Positions 28,072 to 37,675 of a stretch of 53,797 nt of DNA are shown one piece after another. The DNA comes from Candidatus Aminicenantales bacterium (GTDB lineage Bacteria; Acidobacteriota; Aminicenantia; Aminicenantales; Saccharicenantaceae), in the NCBI GenBank assembly GCA_049512315.1, contig JBEKXF010000006.1, forward strand, positions 62,001 through 115,797. Direction: 5' to 3'. A program made the translations under genes and the position numbers. Each line of letters starts with the position of its first letter. Position 1 is the stretch's first letter. Below the pieces are notes generated by a model, which saw nothing but the letters and a program-made list of their open reading frames with translations, searched no databases and was not told the DNA's origin.

Positions 28072-28211
28072 AGCCGTCCTTCGGGCGTTTCATTCCGACT
28101 ATTTTAACCCATGCAGCCAATTGACACAACTTCGGGGACAGGCACGGAGCCAGGACCCCCTTTCCCTTGTAGCTTCGTCGGGCTTTGAAATATAATGGGG
28201 CCCGTCCGGCC

Positions 28212-28934
28212 ATGGAAAAGATCAGCCGCCTGAACCCCCTCCTCGAGATCCTGAAATCCTCGCCCGACCGGGTCGGGAAGATCTTTATCCAGAAAGAGCC
28301 GGGCCCCCATCGGATCGGCGAGATCATCCGCGAAGCCAGGGCCCGCTCCGTCCCTTTCCTTTTCGTCCCTAAGCAGCGGCTGGACCAGCTCGCTCCCCAT
28401 CACCAGGGCGTCCTGGCCGAGATCTCGGCCAAGGCGTTTTCCTCCCTCGATGAGGTCCTGGCCGGCGCCCGCCGGCCATTCCTCGTCCTCCTCGACGAGG
28501 TCGAAGACCCCCAAAACCTGGGCGCCATCGTCCGCAGCGCCGCCGGCGCGGGTGTCGATGGGGTCATCCTCCCCGAAAGACGCTCGGCCGGCCTGACGGA
28601 GGTCGTCGCGACCGTTTCGGCCGGGGCCTTGGAACACGTCAAGGTCGCTCGCGTGCCGAACCTCGCCCGGGCCATGGAAGAGCTCAGGGAGCGCGGCGTC
28701 TGGCTGGTCGGGGCGGAGGGCTCGAGCCGTGAGCTCTGGCACGAATTCGACTATACCCTCCCCGTCGGGATCGTCCTCGGGTCCGAGGGCCGGGGACTGC
28801 GGCCGCTCATCCGGAAATCCTGTGACAAGCTCCTGGCCATCCCCCTCGTCGGCGGGGTCGATTCCCTCAACGTCGCCTCCGCCGCCTCCGTTTTCCTCTT
28901 CGAGGCCGTCCGCCAGCGTCGTGCCGTAGCTTGA
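28212..28934 (+). CDS. rlmB: TrmH/SpoU-family rRNA 2'-O-methyltransferase (RlmB-like)
   Basis: HQGV, DPQNLGAIVRSA, GSEGRG and SLNVASA SPOUT motifs. Confidence 0.88.
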   Translation: MEKISRLNPLLEILKSSPDRVGKIFIQKEPGPHRIGEIIREARARSVPFLFVPKQRLDQLAPHHQGVLAEISAKAFSSLDEVLAGARRPFLVLLDEVEDPQNLGAIVRSAAGAGVDGVILPERRSAGLTEVVATVSAGALEHVKVARVPNLARAMEELRERGVWLVGAEGSSRELWHEFDYTLPVGIVLGSEGRGLRPLIRKSCDKLLAIPLVGGVDSLNVASAASVFLFEAVRQRRAVA

Positions 28935-28960
28935 CATCATTTCACCCCTCCCCGTAGAAT
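28931..28960 (+). promoter_or_regulatory. Sigma-70-type promoter upstream of accA-hisS-aspS
   Basis: TTGACA (28931-28936), 18 nt, TAGAAT (28955-28960). Confidence 0.55.
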
Positions 28961-28994
28961 AGGCCCGTATTATAGCATCCTGAAAGAGCCGAAA

Positions 28995-29951
28995 ATGGAA
29001 AAAGCGCCCGAGTTTTACACTCTGGAGAAGGGCATCCTGGCCCTCAAGGACCAGATCGACGCCCTGGCCGAGAGCGATGACCCTTCGAAAATGGACAAGA
29101 TCGCTCGCCTCCGCCGCGAGATCGAGGAGGAATGGGCGGAGATCGTCCCCCAGCTGACCACGGTCCACATCGTCCAGATCGCTCGCCATCCCAAGCGCCC
29201 CTACACCCTGGATTACATCCCCGTTCTCTTTCAGGACTTCATGGAGATGCACGGAGATCGGCGTTTCGCCGACGATCCGGCCATCGTCGCCGGCCTGGCG
29301 TCCTATAAGGGCCGGACCATGGCCGTCATCGGCCACCAGAAAGGCCGGACGACCAAGACCCGGATCGAGCGGAACTTCGGTCAGGCCAACCCCGAGGGCT
29401 ACCGCAAGGCCCTGCGGGTCATGCAGACGGCCGAGAAATTCGGCTATCCTGTCATCACCCTGGTCGACACGCCCGGTGCCTACCCCGGGATCGGGGGCGA
29501 AGAGCGGGGCCAGGCCGAGGCCATCGCCTACAATCTGAAGATGATCTCCACCCTCAAGGTTCCCATCATCAACGTCGTCATCGGCGAGGGCGGCAGCGGC
29601 GGCGGCCTGGGGATCGGCTTCGGCGATCAGCTCATGATGCTCGAATACTCGTTCTATTCGGTCATATCCCCCGAGGGGTGCGCCGCCATCCTCTGGAAGG
29701 ACCAGAGCGCGGTCGACAGGGCGGCCGAGAACCTCGGGATCCGGGCGACCACACTCCTCGAGCTCGGGATCATCGACCGGATCATCCCCGAGCCGCCTGG
29801 AGGCGCCCACATCGACCCGCAGCAGACCTTCAAGAACGTGGACAAATATGTCTATCAGGCCCTCAAGAAGCTTGAGGACAAGTCCGCTGCCGACCTCGTC
29901 GCCGAGCGCTACCAGAAAATCCGGAAATGGGGGGTCTTTGTCGAGAAGTGA
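28995..29951 (+). CDS. accA: Acetyl-CoA carboxylase carboxyltransferase alpha subunit
   Basis: ARHPKRP, HGDRRFADD, DTPGAYPG, GEGGSGG and YSVISPEGCAAILW. Confidence 0.95.
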   Translation: MEKAPEFYTLEKGILALKDQIDALAESDDPSKMDKIARLRREIEEEWAEIVPQLTTVHIVQIARHPKRPYTLDYIPVLFQDFMEMHGDRRFADDPAIVAGLASYKGRTMAVIGHQKGRTTKTRIERNFGQANPEGYRKALRVMQTAEKFGYPVITLVDTPGAYPGIGGEERGQAEAIAYNLKMISTLKVPIINVVIGEGGSGGGLGIGFGDQLMMLEYSFYSVISPEGCAAILWKDQSAVDRAAENLGIRATTLLELGIIDRIIPEPPGGAHIDPQQTFKNVDKYVYQALKKLEDKSAADLVAERYQKIRKWGVFVEK

Positions 29952-31213
29952 GCGAAGACGCCTCCCCCAAAAAAGAGCTGGCCGCCATCAAGGGCACCAA
30001 GGACATCCTTCCTGGGGAAGTCGAATCCTGGCAGAGGCTCGAGTCCATCGCCCGCGGCACGTTCGAGCTCTACGGCTACCGCGAGCTCCGGGCCCCTCTC
30101 TTCGAGGCCACCGAGCTCTTCGAGAAGGGCACGGGCCAGACCTCGGACATCGTGGTCAAGGAAATGTACACGTTCACCGACAAGGCCGGCCGGTCGCTGA
30201 CGTTGAGGCCGGAATACACGCCCTCGGTCGTCCGGGCGATCATCGAGCACCGGCTCGACCTCCAGCCGGGGCCCATGAGGTATTACTACATGGGGCCCAT
30301 GTTCCGCTACGACAAGCCCCAGAAAGGCCGTTACCGGCAGTTCCATCAGGTCGACATCGAGGTCTTCGGCGAGAAGGACGCGGCCGTCGATGCCGAGATC
30401 ATCGAAATGGCCCACGCCCTTCTCCAAAAGCTCGACATCCCGGGAACGGAAACGCTGGTCAACTCGGTCGGCTGCCGGGCCTGCCGGCCGGCTTATGTCC
30501 AGGCCTTACGCGAGGCGGCCCGGCAAAAGATGCCGGTCCTCTGCGCCGATTGCCAGAGGAAGGTCGAAACGAACCCCCTTCGGATCTTCGACTGCAAGGT
30601 GGAGGCCTGCCGGCGGGCCGCCGAGACGTTCCCCAGGATCCTCGACTACCTCTGCGAGGAGTGCCGTGAGCACTTCAAGGCGCTCCTCGGCTGGCTCGAT
30701 CTCTTCAAGATCCCCTACCGGGTGGAGCCCCGCCTGGTCCGCGGCCTCGACTATTACACGAAGACGACCTTCGAGATCGTCTCCGGCGACCTCGGGGCCC
30801 AGAACGCCCTCCTCGGCGGCGGACGGTACGACGACATGATGAAGGATTTCAGCGGCCCGGACATCTGCGGCATCGGGTTCGCCATGGGGATGGAACGGGT
30901 GCTCTCCGTCGCCCGGTTGCCCGTCGAGAAAAGGAAAGCTCTCTACCTCGCTTATCTCGGGGAAGAGGCCAAGAAGGCCGGAATGGAGCTCGGCCGCTTT
31001 TTCCGGAGAAACGGCGTCGAATGCCTCATCGAATTCAAAGACCGGGGGATGAAGGCCCACTTCGGCCGGGCCAACAAGCTCGAGGCCGCCTGGGTCCTGA
31101 TCGTGGGCGAGGACGAGCTCCGGAAGGGCCGGTTCGGGCTCAAGGAGATGGCCACGGGCCGCCAGGTCGAGGGGACCCGGGAAGAGCTCCTGGCCGTTCT
31201 CCGCGGCCGCTGA
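29948..31213 (+). CDS. hisS: Histidine--tRNA ligase
   Basis: KGTKD, LRPEYT, FRYDKPQKGRYRQF, RGLDYY and GGGRYD; GTG start overlaps the accA stop. Confidence 0.95.
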   Translation: MSEDASPKKELAAIKGTKDILPGEVESWQRLESIARGTFELYGYRELRAPLFEATELFEKGTGQTSDIVVKEMYTFTDKAGRSLTLRPEYTPSVVRAIIEHRLDLQPGPMRYYYMGPMFRYDKPQKGRYRQFHQVDIEVFGEKDAAVDAEIIEMAHALLQKLDIPGTETLVNSVGCRACRPAYVQALREAARQKMPVLCADCQRKVETNPLRIFDCKVEACRRAAETFPRILDYLCEECREHFKALLGWLDLFKIPYRVEPRLVRGLDYYTKTTFEIVSGDLGAQNALLGGGRYDDMMKDFSGPDICGIGFAMGMERVLSVARLPVEKRKALYLAYLGEEAKKAGMELGRFFRRNGVECLIEFKDRGMKAHFGRANKLEAAWVLIVGEDELRKGRFGLKEMATGRQVEGTREELLAVLRGR

Positions 31214-31229
31214 GCGATCGGAGACGACC

Positions 31230-33005
31230 ATGAACAACCAGACCAAGGCCGCCCCTCCCCTGAAACGGACGGACTACTGCGGCGGGCTCCGGGCTTCGGA
31301 CGAGGGCCGCGAGGTCGTTCTCTGCGGCTGGGTCCAGCGCGTCCGGGACATCGGACAGCTCGTTTTCGTGGACGTCCGCGACCGGGAGGGCCTGGCCCAG
31401 GTCGTCTTCCAATCCGGCAGGCCCGATCTCGTGGAAGAGGCCAAGAAGCTCCGCAACGAGTTCGTCGTCGGCGTCCGCGGCCGCGTCCGGCGTCGCACGG
31501 CGGTGAATAAGGAAATCTCCACGGGCGAGGTCGAGGTCGAGGCGGCCGAGCTCTGCGTTTTCGCGGCGTCCAAGGTGCCGCCGTTCGTCATCGCCGACCC
31601 GCCCCAGGCTTCCGAAGAGCTGCGCCTGAAGTATCGTTATCTCGACCTCCGCCGGCCGAAGATGCAGCGCCATATCCGGCTCAGGCACGAGGCCTCTCTG
31701 GCAGTGCGCAACTACATGAGCCAAAAGGGGTTCCTCGAGATCGAGACGCCCATCCTGGCCAACCCCACCCCCGAAGGAGCCAGGGACTATCTCGTTCCGA
31801 GCCGGATCTACAAGGGCCGGTTCTATGCCCTGCCGCAGTCGCCCCAACAGTTCAAGCAAACCCTGATGATTTCGGGCTTCGACCGCTACTTCCAGATCGT
31901 CCGCTGCTTCCGCGACGAGGACCTCCGGGCCGACCGCCAGCCCGAGTTCACCCAGATCGACATCGAGATGAGCTTCATCGAACGGGAGGGGTTTTTCACC
32001 CTCAACGAGGGGCTGATGGAGGCCCTCTTCACCCTCACCGGGGAGAAGCTGCAACGGCCCTTTCCGCGGCTGCCCTATGCCGAAGCCATGGAAAAGTACG
32101 GCTCCGACAAGCCCGACCTGAGGGTGCCGCTCGAGATGCGGGACCTGACCGCCGTCGGCCGTGAGACGGGTTCGGAGATGCTCAAGGCGGTCTTCGCCGC
32201 AGGCGGCGAGCTCAAGGGCCTTCTCGTCCCCGGGGCAGGGAATCTCTCGCGCAGCCAGCTCGACAAGCTGGGCGATAAGGCCAAGGCCCTCGGCGCCAGG
32301 GGACTCGTCTGGATCAAGAAGCAGGACGGCTGGAAGTCGTCGCTCAAGTTAGCCGAAGCGGACTCCGAAAAGGTCTGGGCCGCCCTGGGCGGCGGCGAGG
32401 CCGACCTGGCCCTTCTCATCGCCGATAAGAAGATGACGGCCCTCAAAGCCCTCGGCGAGATCCGCCGGACCTGGCCGATGGACAAATCAGCTCAAACTTC
32501 CGGACCGCGTCCCCTGAAATTCTGCTGGGTCACCGATTTCCCTCTCTTTGAATGGAGCGAGGAAGAGAAGCGTTACGTCTCCATGCACCATCCGTTCACT
32601 TCGCCCCACGAGGACGACCTGGAGCTCCTCGAAACGGAGCCGGAAAAGGTCCGGGCCAAGGCCTACGACCTCGTCCTGAACGGCATCGAGGTGGGCGGCG
32701 GCTCGATCCGTATCCACGATATGGACCTCCAGCGCCGCGTCTTCAAGTCGCTGGGGTTGACGGACAAGGAAACCGAGGAGAAGTTCGGCTACTTCCTCGA
32801 AGCCCTCAGCTTCGGCGCCCCGCCTCACGGCGGCATCGCCTTCGGCTTCGACCGCCTGGTCATGCTCCTGGCCGGCGAGGAGTCCATCCGCGAGGTCATC
32901 CCCTTCCCCAAGACGACGAGCGCCCTCGATCTGATGACTAACTCGCCGTCCGGGGTCGCGGAGCGTCAGCTCGACGAGCTCGGGCTGAAGCTGAAGCAGG
33001 GCTGA
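31230..33005 (+). CDS. aspS: Aspartate--tRNA ligase
   Basis: YRYLDLRR, PEGARDY, FRDEDLRADRQPEFTQ, HHPFT and PPHGGIAFG. Confidence 0.96.
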   Translation: MNNQTKAAPPLKRTDYCGGLRASDEGREVVLCGWVQRVRDIGQLVFVDVRDREGLAQVVFQSGRPDLVEEAKKLRNEFVVGVRGRVRRRTAVNKEISTGEVEVEAAELCVFAASKVPPFVIADPPQASEELRLKYRYLDLRRPKMQRHIRLRHEASLAVRNYMSQKGFLEIETPILANPTPEGARDYLVPSRIYKGRFYALPQSPQQFKQTLMISGFDRYFQIVRCFRDEDLRADRQPEFTQIDIEMSFIEREGFFTLNEGLMEALFTLTGEKLQRPFPRLPYAEAMEKYGSDKPDLRVPLEMRDLTAVGRETGSEMLKAVFAAGGELKGLLVPGAGNLSRSQLDKLGDKAKALGARGLVWIKKQDGWKSSLKLAEADSEKVWAALGGGEADLALLIADKKMTALKALGEIRRTWPMDKSAQTSGPRPLKFCWVTDFPLFEWSEEEKRYVSMHHPFTSPHEDDLELLETEPEKVRAKAYDLVLNGIEVGGGSIRIHDMDLQRRVFKSLGLTDKETEEKFGYFLEALSFGAPPHGGIAFGFDRLVMLLAGEESIREVIPFPKTTSALDLMTNSPSGVAERQLDELGLKLKQG

Positions 33006-33037
33006 CGCCGGGAGGCTGAAAAAGGAGGGTCCATTCC

Positions 33038-33340
33038 ATGGCCGGTGAATACATCATCATCAAGCAGAATCAATACATGCGCGTCTTCAGGAAGGCGGAA
33101 GCTGTGGACCGCGGCCGGGCTAAGCCCCTCGACGTGCTGGGCGTTCGCGAGACGGGCATTTTCCGGCGCATGATGGACAGGGGCGTTTTTATCAACGCCG
33201 GGGGCAACCTCTATTACATGGACCCGAACGCAGCTAAGGAGTTCGTTGCCGCCCGCCGGAAAAGAGTCTTCTTCATGCTCGTCCTGGCCCTGATCGCCCT
33301 CCTCGTCCTCTGGGTTTTCAACGCAAAGATCTTCCGATAG
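33038..33340 (+). CDS. Hypothetical protein with a C-terminal membrane anchor
   Basis: AAGGAGG RBS; basic stretch followed by one hydrophobic helix. Confidence 0.65.
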   Translation: MAGEYIIIKQNQYMRVFRKAEAVDRGRAKPLDVLGVRETGIFRRMMDRGVFINAGGNLYYMDPNAAKEFVAARRKRVFFMLVLALIALLVLWVFNAKIFR

Positions 33341-33423
33341 CCTCTGCCACTTCCCACCAGAAATCACGGGCAAGGAAAACCATAACCGGCCCAGGGCCGG
33401 TCCCACGTCTCATGAGGGACCCA

Positions 33424-35997
33424 CTAGGACGCCAGGTGCTCACGGTACTTCCGGGTCTCAGCGATGATGGCCCCGATTGCGGCGACAAGCGTGAAGAGAA
33501 AAACGTGCCAGAGCAACTTGATAGCCAGCTTGCCCGTGTCTGACGCCGCACCATAGAGGGCCGGGAGGAAGGTGTTCGCCAGGGCATAGAAGAGCCCTAT
33601 CAGCATGCCGCTCGCGGTCCCGAGCAGGATCCGGCGGCCGAGGGCCGTGCCGCCCGCTCCCCGGGAAACGAGCGCCGCGACAAGGGCCGGGAGCCAGAGC
33701 GCCAGCCACCAAACATTCTTGAGGGCCGGAACGGCGCCGTTCGCCTTGAACCAAACGAAGTCCAGCCCGGCTAAAAGTAGCACCCCGGCCAGGGCAAACA
33801 CCGCGGCCTGCGCGTATCGTGGCTTCAACCCCTTCCTCGCCTCGGTCCTCCGCTTGACCCTGCGCTGGACCGTCAACGGGAAATTGTAGAAGGCGTCGAA
33901 GACGAAATGCTCGAGCCAGGCGCCCTTCTCGCCGAAGACCGGAACGATGTGGACGGCGCTCGTCGCCCAGTGGCCGGCCATGAAGCGGGCCAGGTCCGGA
34001 TAGCGGTAGGCCATCTGGATGGGGAACGCCAGGTAGCCGATGTACTTGAAGAAGCTCAGCCCGAAGGCGATGCTGTAATCCTTGAAATTCTTCTCCCTGA
34101 GGATGAGCGAGCTCGTGTAGATCCCCCGGGCCAGCGACCCCGGCGAAATCGGGATGATCTGGAAGATGCCGAAGATGACCCCCGTGGCCAGGGTCGCCTG
34201 CTGCCAGCTCAGCTCAGGATGCACGCGCACATAAAAAAAGGCCACAATCAGAGCAACGACGTGCGTCGTCGGCATGAGGAGGAGGTGGATGGCCAGGCTC
34301 TTGAGGTACTTCTGGATGAACGGCTCCTTGATCTGGCCGGTGATGTGGGCCGCTTCCTGGCTCGTCAGCATGCCGTTCCGCTCGCCCGCGGCCACCATGT
34401 CCCGGAGCCACTTCTCCCGCTCTCCGGCGTTGAAATAAAGCTTGAAGGGCCGGACGAAGATGCGGGCCAGGCTGGCCTTGAAGACGTCTTTGTCGGTCAA
34501 GAAACGATGGAGCCCCGCCGGGAGAACGGACAGAGGCAGATGGATGAAATACCGCCAAGGCCCGGCGGCGATGAGGACTGCCCGCGGTTCGGACACCCGG
34601 CCCGAGCGGACCCAGCGGATGAGGGCCTCGGCAATGTGGGCCGGGATGGAACGCCCAAAATAGCGGGGGCTTGAGAGCAGCCGGCCGTAATGACGGCGCA
34701 AGTCCGCTCTCCCCCAGAGGCGGCGGACAAAGGGCACGAAAAGCGGCAGGGCCCAGACGAGGTATTGCCACCATGTCCGCCCGGGCCAGGCCAAAAGGAG
34801 CAGGGCCGGGGTGGCCAGAGGGGCCAATCCCATAAGGAGGAAGAGAAGCGAGAGGGCCCCGCTTTTATCGAGTTGGGCTGCGGCCCGCTCGTCGGTCATG
34901 TTTCGGACGCGCCAGCTTTCCCGGAAGCCGGCCATGATGCTGCGCCGGAGCTTCACGCCGAACAGCCTGACGTGATGATACGTGACGTCGACCAGCGAAT
35001 CACGGTAGGCCTTGTCTTCGCGTTTGAGCGTTTCCAGCGCCTCCCGCATATCGCCAAAATCCGAAGCGTGGGCCACCACGTATTTCTCGAGCTTACGGAC
35101 GTCGCCCTTGTCGAACTGGACGAACCGGCCTCGGCGGAATCCCCTGAGAATGAGCTTGACGTCGGCCGGGCACTCGGGCAGGAACGGCAGCAGGGCCATG
35201 CCGGCCCGGAAGTCCACGGCAACGAGCCCGGCGCGCGGGTCGGGGTCGCTCGCCGTCCGCTTCATGGCGTTGGGCTGGCTCTTGAGCGACCACCACTCGT
35301 ACTGACGGGCGAGCTCCTCGGCGCCGATTTCGCGGAGCAGGCTGACCAGACGGTCCATGAAGGCATGTTTCGTCAGGTACTCCGGGGAGCCGGCCGTCTC
35401 CGGATCCCCGGCTCGCCAGCGCCGCCGGGCGTCGAGGTCATCGTCGACCTCGAGGCGCCACATCCGGCCGTCCACCCACTCGCTGATCTCGCCGTAGCTG
35501 CCGACCCGACGATCAAAGAAAGTGGCGTGGATATCGACGACGGCGTCCTCGGCCCCAAGCTCGATCTTCGCGGCCCGGCGGATGAATTTCTGCCAAAGCG
35601 CTTGAGAACGGCCCGCGGCGGCGAGGCTTTGGAGGGAGAAAGGCGCCTGGAAACCGACTCCGTAGAAGAGGTTCCTGATCCGCCGTCCCATGCCGGAGGC
35701 CGGGGCCAGGATCTTGAGTGCGTAGCGGCCGCCCGGCTCGAGCCGGCCGGCTTTTCCCTCGATCGTCTCGAGCGTCAGGAGCTTGACCCGGTAGACCTGG
35801 CCGGCGTAGCCGCCGCCGACATATTTCTCGACCTCGAGCCGGGCCCGGGCCCGGCCGTCCGGGACGACCCCGCGAACCTCATACTCCAGGACGTCTCCCG
35901 GTTCGTAACGCCCGGACCGGATCGGCCGCAGGACCCCCGCCCCGGAGAAGACCTTTTCGAGACTGCGGATCGTCTCAGGCTGATACATGCCTGTCAT
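33424..35997 (-). CDS. Large hypothetical membrane protein with an N-terminal protein-kinase-like region
   Basis: GGGYAGQVY, YALK, EWVDG and VDF motifs in kinase order, followed by many hydrophobic segments. Confidence 0.65.
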   Translation of the reverse strand: MTGMYQPETIRSLEKVFSGAGVLRPIRSGRYEPGDVLEYEVRGVVPDGRARARLEVEKYVGGGYAGQVYRVKLLTLETIEGKAGRLEPGGRYALKILAPASGMGRRIRNLFYGVGFQAPFSLQSLAAAGRSQALWQKFIRRAAKIELGAEDAVVDIHATFFDRRVGSYGEISEWVDGRMWRLEVDDDLDARRRWRAGDPETAGSPEYLTKHAFMDRLVSLLREIGAEELARQYEWWSLKSQPNAMKRTASDPDPRAGLVAVDFRAGMALLPFLPECPADVKLILRGFRRGRFVQFDKGDVRKLEKYVVAHASDFGDMREALETLKREDKAYRDSLVDVTYHHVRLFGVKLRRSIMAGFRESWRVRNMTDERAAAQLDKSGALSLLFLLMGLAPLATPALLLLAWPGRTWWQYLVWALPLFVPFVRRLWGRADLRRHYGRLLSSPRYFGRSIPAHIAEALIRWVRSGRVSEPRAVLIAAGPWRYFIHLPLSVLPAGLHRFLTDKDVFKASLARIFVRPFKLYFNAGEREKWLRDMVAAGERNGMLTSQEAAHITGQIKEPFIQKYLKSLAIHLLLMPTTHVVALIVAFFYVRVHPELSWQQATLATGVIFGIFQIIPISPGSLARGIYTSSLILREKNFKDYSIAFGLSFFKYIGYLAFPIQMAYRYPDLARFMAGHWATSAVHIVPVFGEKGAWLEHFVFDAFYNFPLTVQRRVKRRTEARKGLKPRYAQAAVFALAGVLLLAGLDFVWFKANGAVPALKNVWWLALWLPALVAALVSRGAGGTALGRRILLGTASGMLIGLFYALANTFLPALYGAASDTGKLAIKLLWHVFLFTLVAAIGAIIAETRKYREHLAS

Positions 35998-36003
35998 TCA
36001 GTC

Positions 36004-37569
36004 TTATTTCACGTCGGCGGCGACGGCGTTGAGGACTTTCTTCGTTCCCTTATCCTGGGCGAAAAGGACGATGGCGAGCTTGGTCCGGTCGATCTTATGA
36101 TGCCGCTCGGCGAATTTGAAACCCTTGAACCGCGGACTGGTCGTTTCGAATTCGGTCAGGTACTGGTCGGTGGCCCGCTCGGAGGCGGCCAAGTCGAAGG
36201 ACACCTTCTTGGCGGCCGCCGGGTCGAGGTCGATGATGTCACGAACGACCATCTTATGGATCGCGAGGCCGTTCGAGCCCTTGTAACTCTCTTCGCCCTG
36301 GACGAGCACGGCTTGGTACTCGGCTCCGGCAACAGGTTTGCCGAGGTCGTATTCGACCTTGACGATGTCGCCAGCCCTGGCCGCCTTGGCCTTGAGAGCG
36401 ACAGCCGGGGCGGAACCGAGGAGGGAATCGATCCCGGCCTTGTATTGCTTGTACTTTCCCTCCGCCATGCCCCGGCTGCCTCCGCCGGATGTGTTCTTAT
36501 CGCCGTCGATGACGACGGTCGGCGTGCTGTTGACCCCGTAGTAATCCTGCCGTTTCTTGGTCGCCGGGTTCATCATCGGGTCCGGCCGCGGAATGGGCAG
36601 GTGGTACTCGAGGATGGCCAGGTACTTCGCCGGGTAGGACTCGATCAGCCCGTCGAAGGCGAGATCGGCGCCGACACAGGGCGGGCATTCCGAGCCCGTG
36701 AAGAGCTCGGCCAGAACGGCCTTGCCCTTCCAGTCGGCCGGGGCCTTGAACGGCTCAGGGTGGTAAGGGAGCTCCTTGAGCTTGGCCACGAGCACCGCCT
36801 CAAAGCCGTCCGCCTTGCCGTTGATCTTGGTGTAGAGAGCCTTGGCCCTGTCCGTGGCGTCCGCGTAAGTATCGACGGCCGCGGCGAGGTAGGCGTCATA
36901 GGCCTCCCGGGTCTTGCCCTGCTTCTCGCAGGCGCCGGCCAGAGTGTAGTAATAAATGCCATCGGAAGGCCCGCCGTCCTTTTTGTATGTATCGAGGGTC
37001 GCTACGGCCTTGGCCGGGTCCCCGGCGTTCAGATAGGCCTGGGCCATCGGGATCGCGAAGCCGGTCACGAAATAGGATTTGAACGCACTCTGCTGGTTCT
37101 GGGGGATCCCCTGATAGGTCCCGGCCTCCCCGGCAGCCTTGAGGGTGTCCTCCCTATATTTCAGGATGATGTTCAAGACCTCGATCTTGTTGAACGTCTC
37201 GAGCTTCGGATGGCCGAGGATCTGGTCCGCCGCAACGAAGGGGTTCTGGAGGCGGTCCGGCCCCTGCCCCTTGGTCAGGAACTCGCTCTGCAGCGCGAGG
37301 ACGGCGGGGAGGGTCCCGGCCAGCTCGATCTTGGCGCTCAGGATGCTTCGGTCGATCCCGACCATGAACTGGCTCGCGGGGTAGGCGGCCTTGATCCTCT
37401 CGAATTCCTGGAGCCGGGCCGCGGCCTCCTTGATCTGGCTGGCCGCGACAAGCTCCTTATATTCCGGCGGGGCGGCCTGCCGGGCCTGAGCGAAGGCTTG
37501 GCTCGAGACCATCAGGCCAAGGGCAAAAAAGGCCGCGGAGACGGCGAGTGATCGCATCTTTTTCTTCAT
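36004..37569 (-). CDS. Exported TPR-like plus thioredoxin-fold (CPPC) protein
   Basis: Signal peptide (AFA), helical-repeat-like middle region, ELFTGSECPPC, and TPTVVIDG (cis-Pro loop-like). Confidence 0.75.
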   Translation of the reverse strand: MKKKMRSLAVSAAFFALGLMVSSQAFAQARQAAPPEYKELVAASQIKEAAARLQEFERIKAAYPASQFMVGIDRSILSAKIELAGTLPAVLALQSEFLTKGQGPDRLQNPFVAADQILGHPKLETFNKIEVLNIILKYREDTLKAAGEAGTYQGIPQNQQSAFKSYFVTGFAIPMAQAYLNAGDPAKAVATLDTYKKDGGPSDGIYYYTLAGACEKQGKTREAYDAYLAAAVDTYADATDRAKALYTKINGKADGFEAVLVAKLKELPYHPEPFKAPADWKGKAVLAELFTGSECPPCVGADLAFDGLIESYPAKYLAILEYHLPIPRPDPMMNPATKKRQDYYGVNSTPTVVIDGDKNTSGGGSRGMAEGKYKQYKAGIDSLLGSAPAVALKAKAARAGDIVKVEYDLGKPVAGAEYQAVLVQGEESYKGSNGLAIHKMVVRDIIDLDPAAAKKVSFDLAASERATDQYLTEFETTSPRFKGFKFAERHHKIDRTKLAIVLFAQDKGTKKVLNAVAADVK

Positions 37570-37613
37570 GTGACCTCCCATAAAAGGCCTATTATATAGA
37601 AATCCCCCCCGAT

Positions 37614-37667
37614 AAAAAAGGAAAGAGAAGGGGGCCCGGGCGGACGTCAGGGCCCGCCCGGGCCCCC
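37614..37667 (-). terminator. Intrinsic terminator after the M16 peptidase pair
   Basis: 14-bp stem GGGGGCCCGGGCGG (37630-37643) / CCGCCCGGGCCCCC (37654-37667), followed on the minus strand by TTCTCTTTCCTTTTTT. Confidence 0.7.
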
Positions 37668-37675
37668 GATCAAGC

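Noticed and set aside
34690..37551. 953-aa plus-strand ORF and other long antisense ORFs (e.g. 21803-23602, 28104-29810, 43379-45085)
   Set aside because: Shadow frames opposite well-supported genes, expected with high-GC codon bias; no recognisable motifs.
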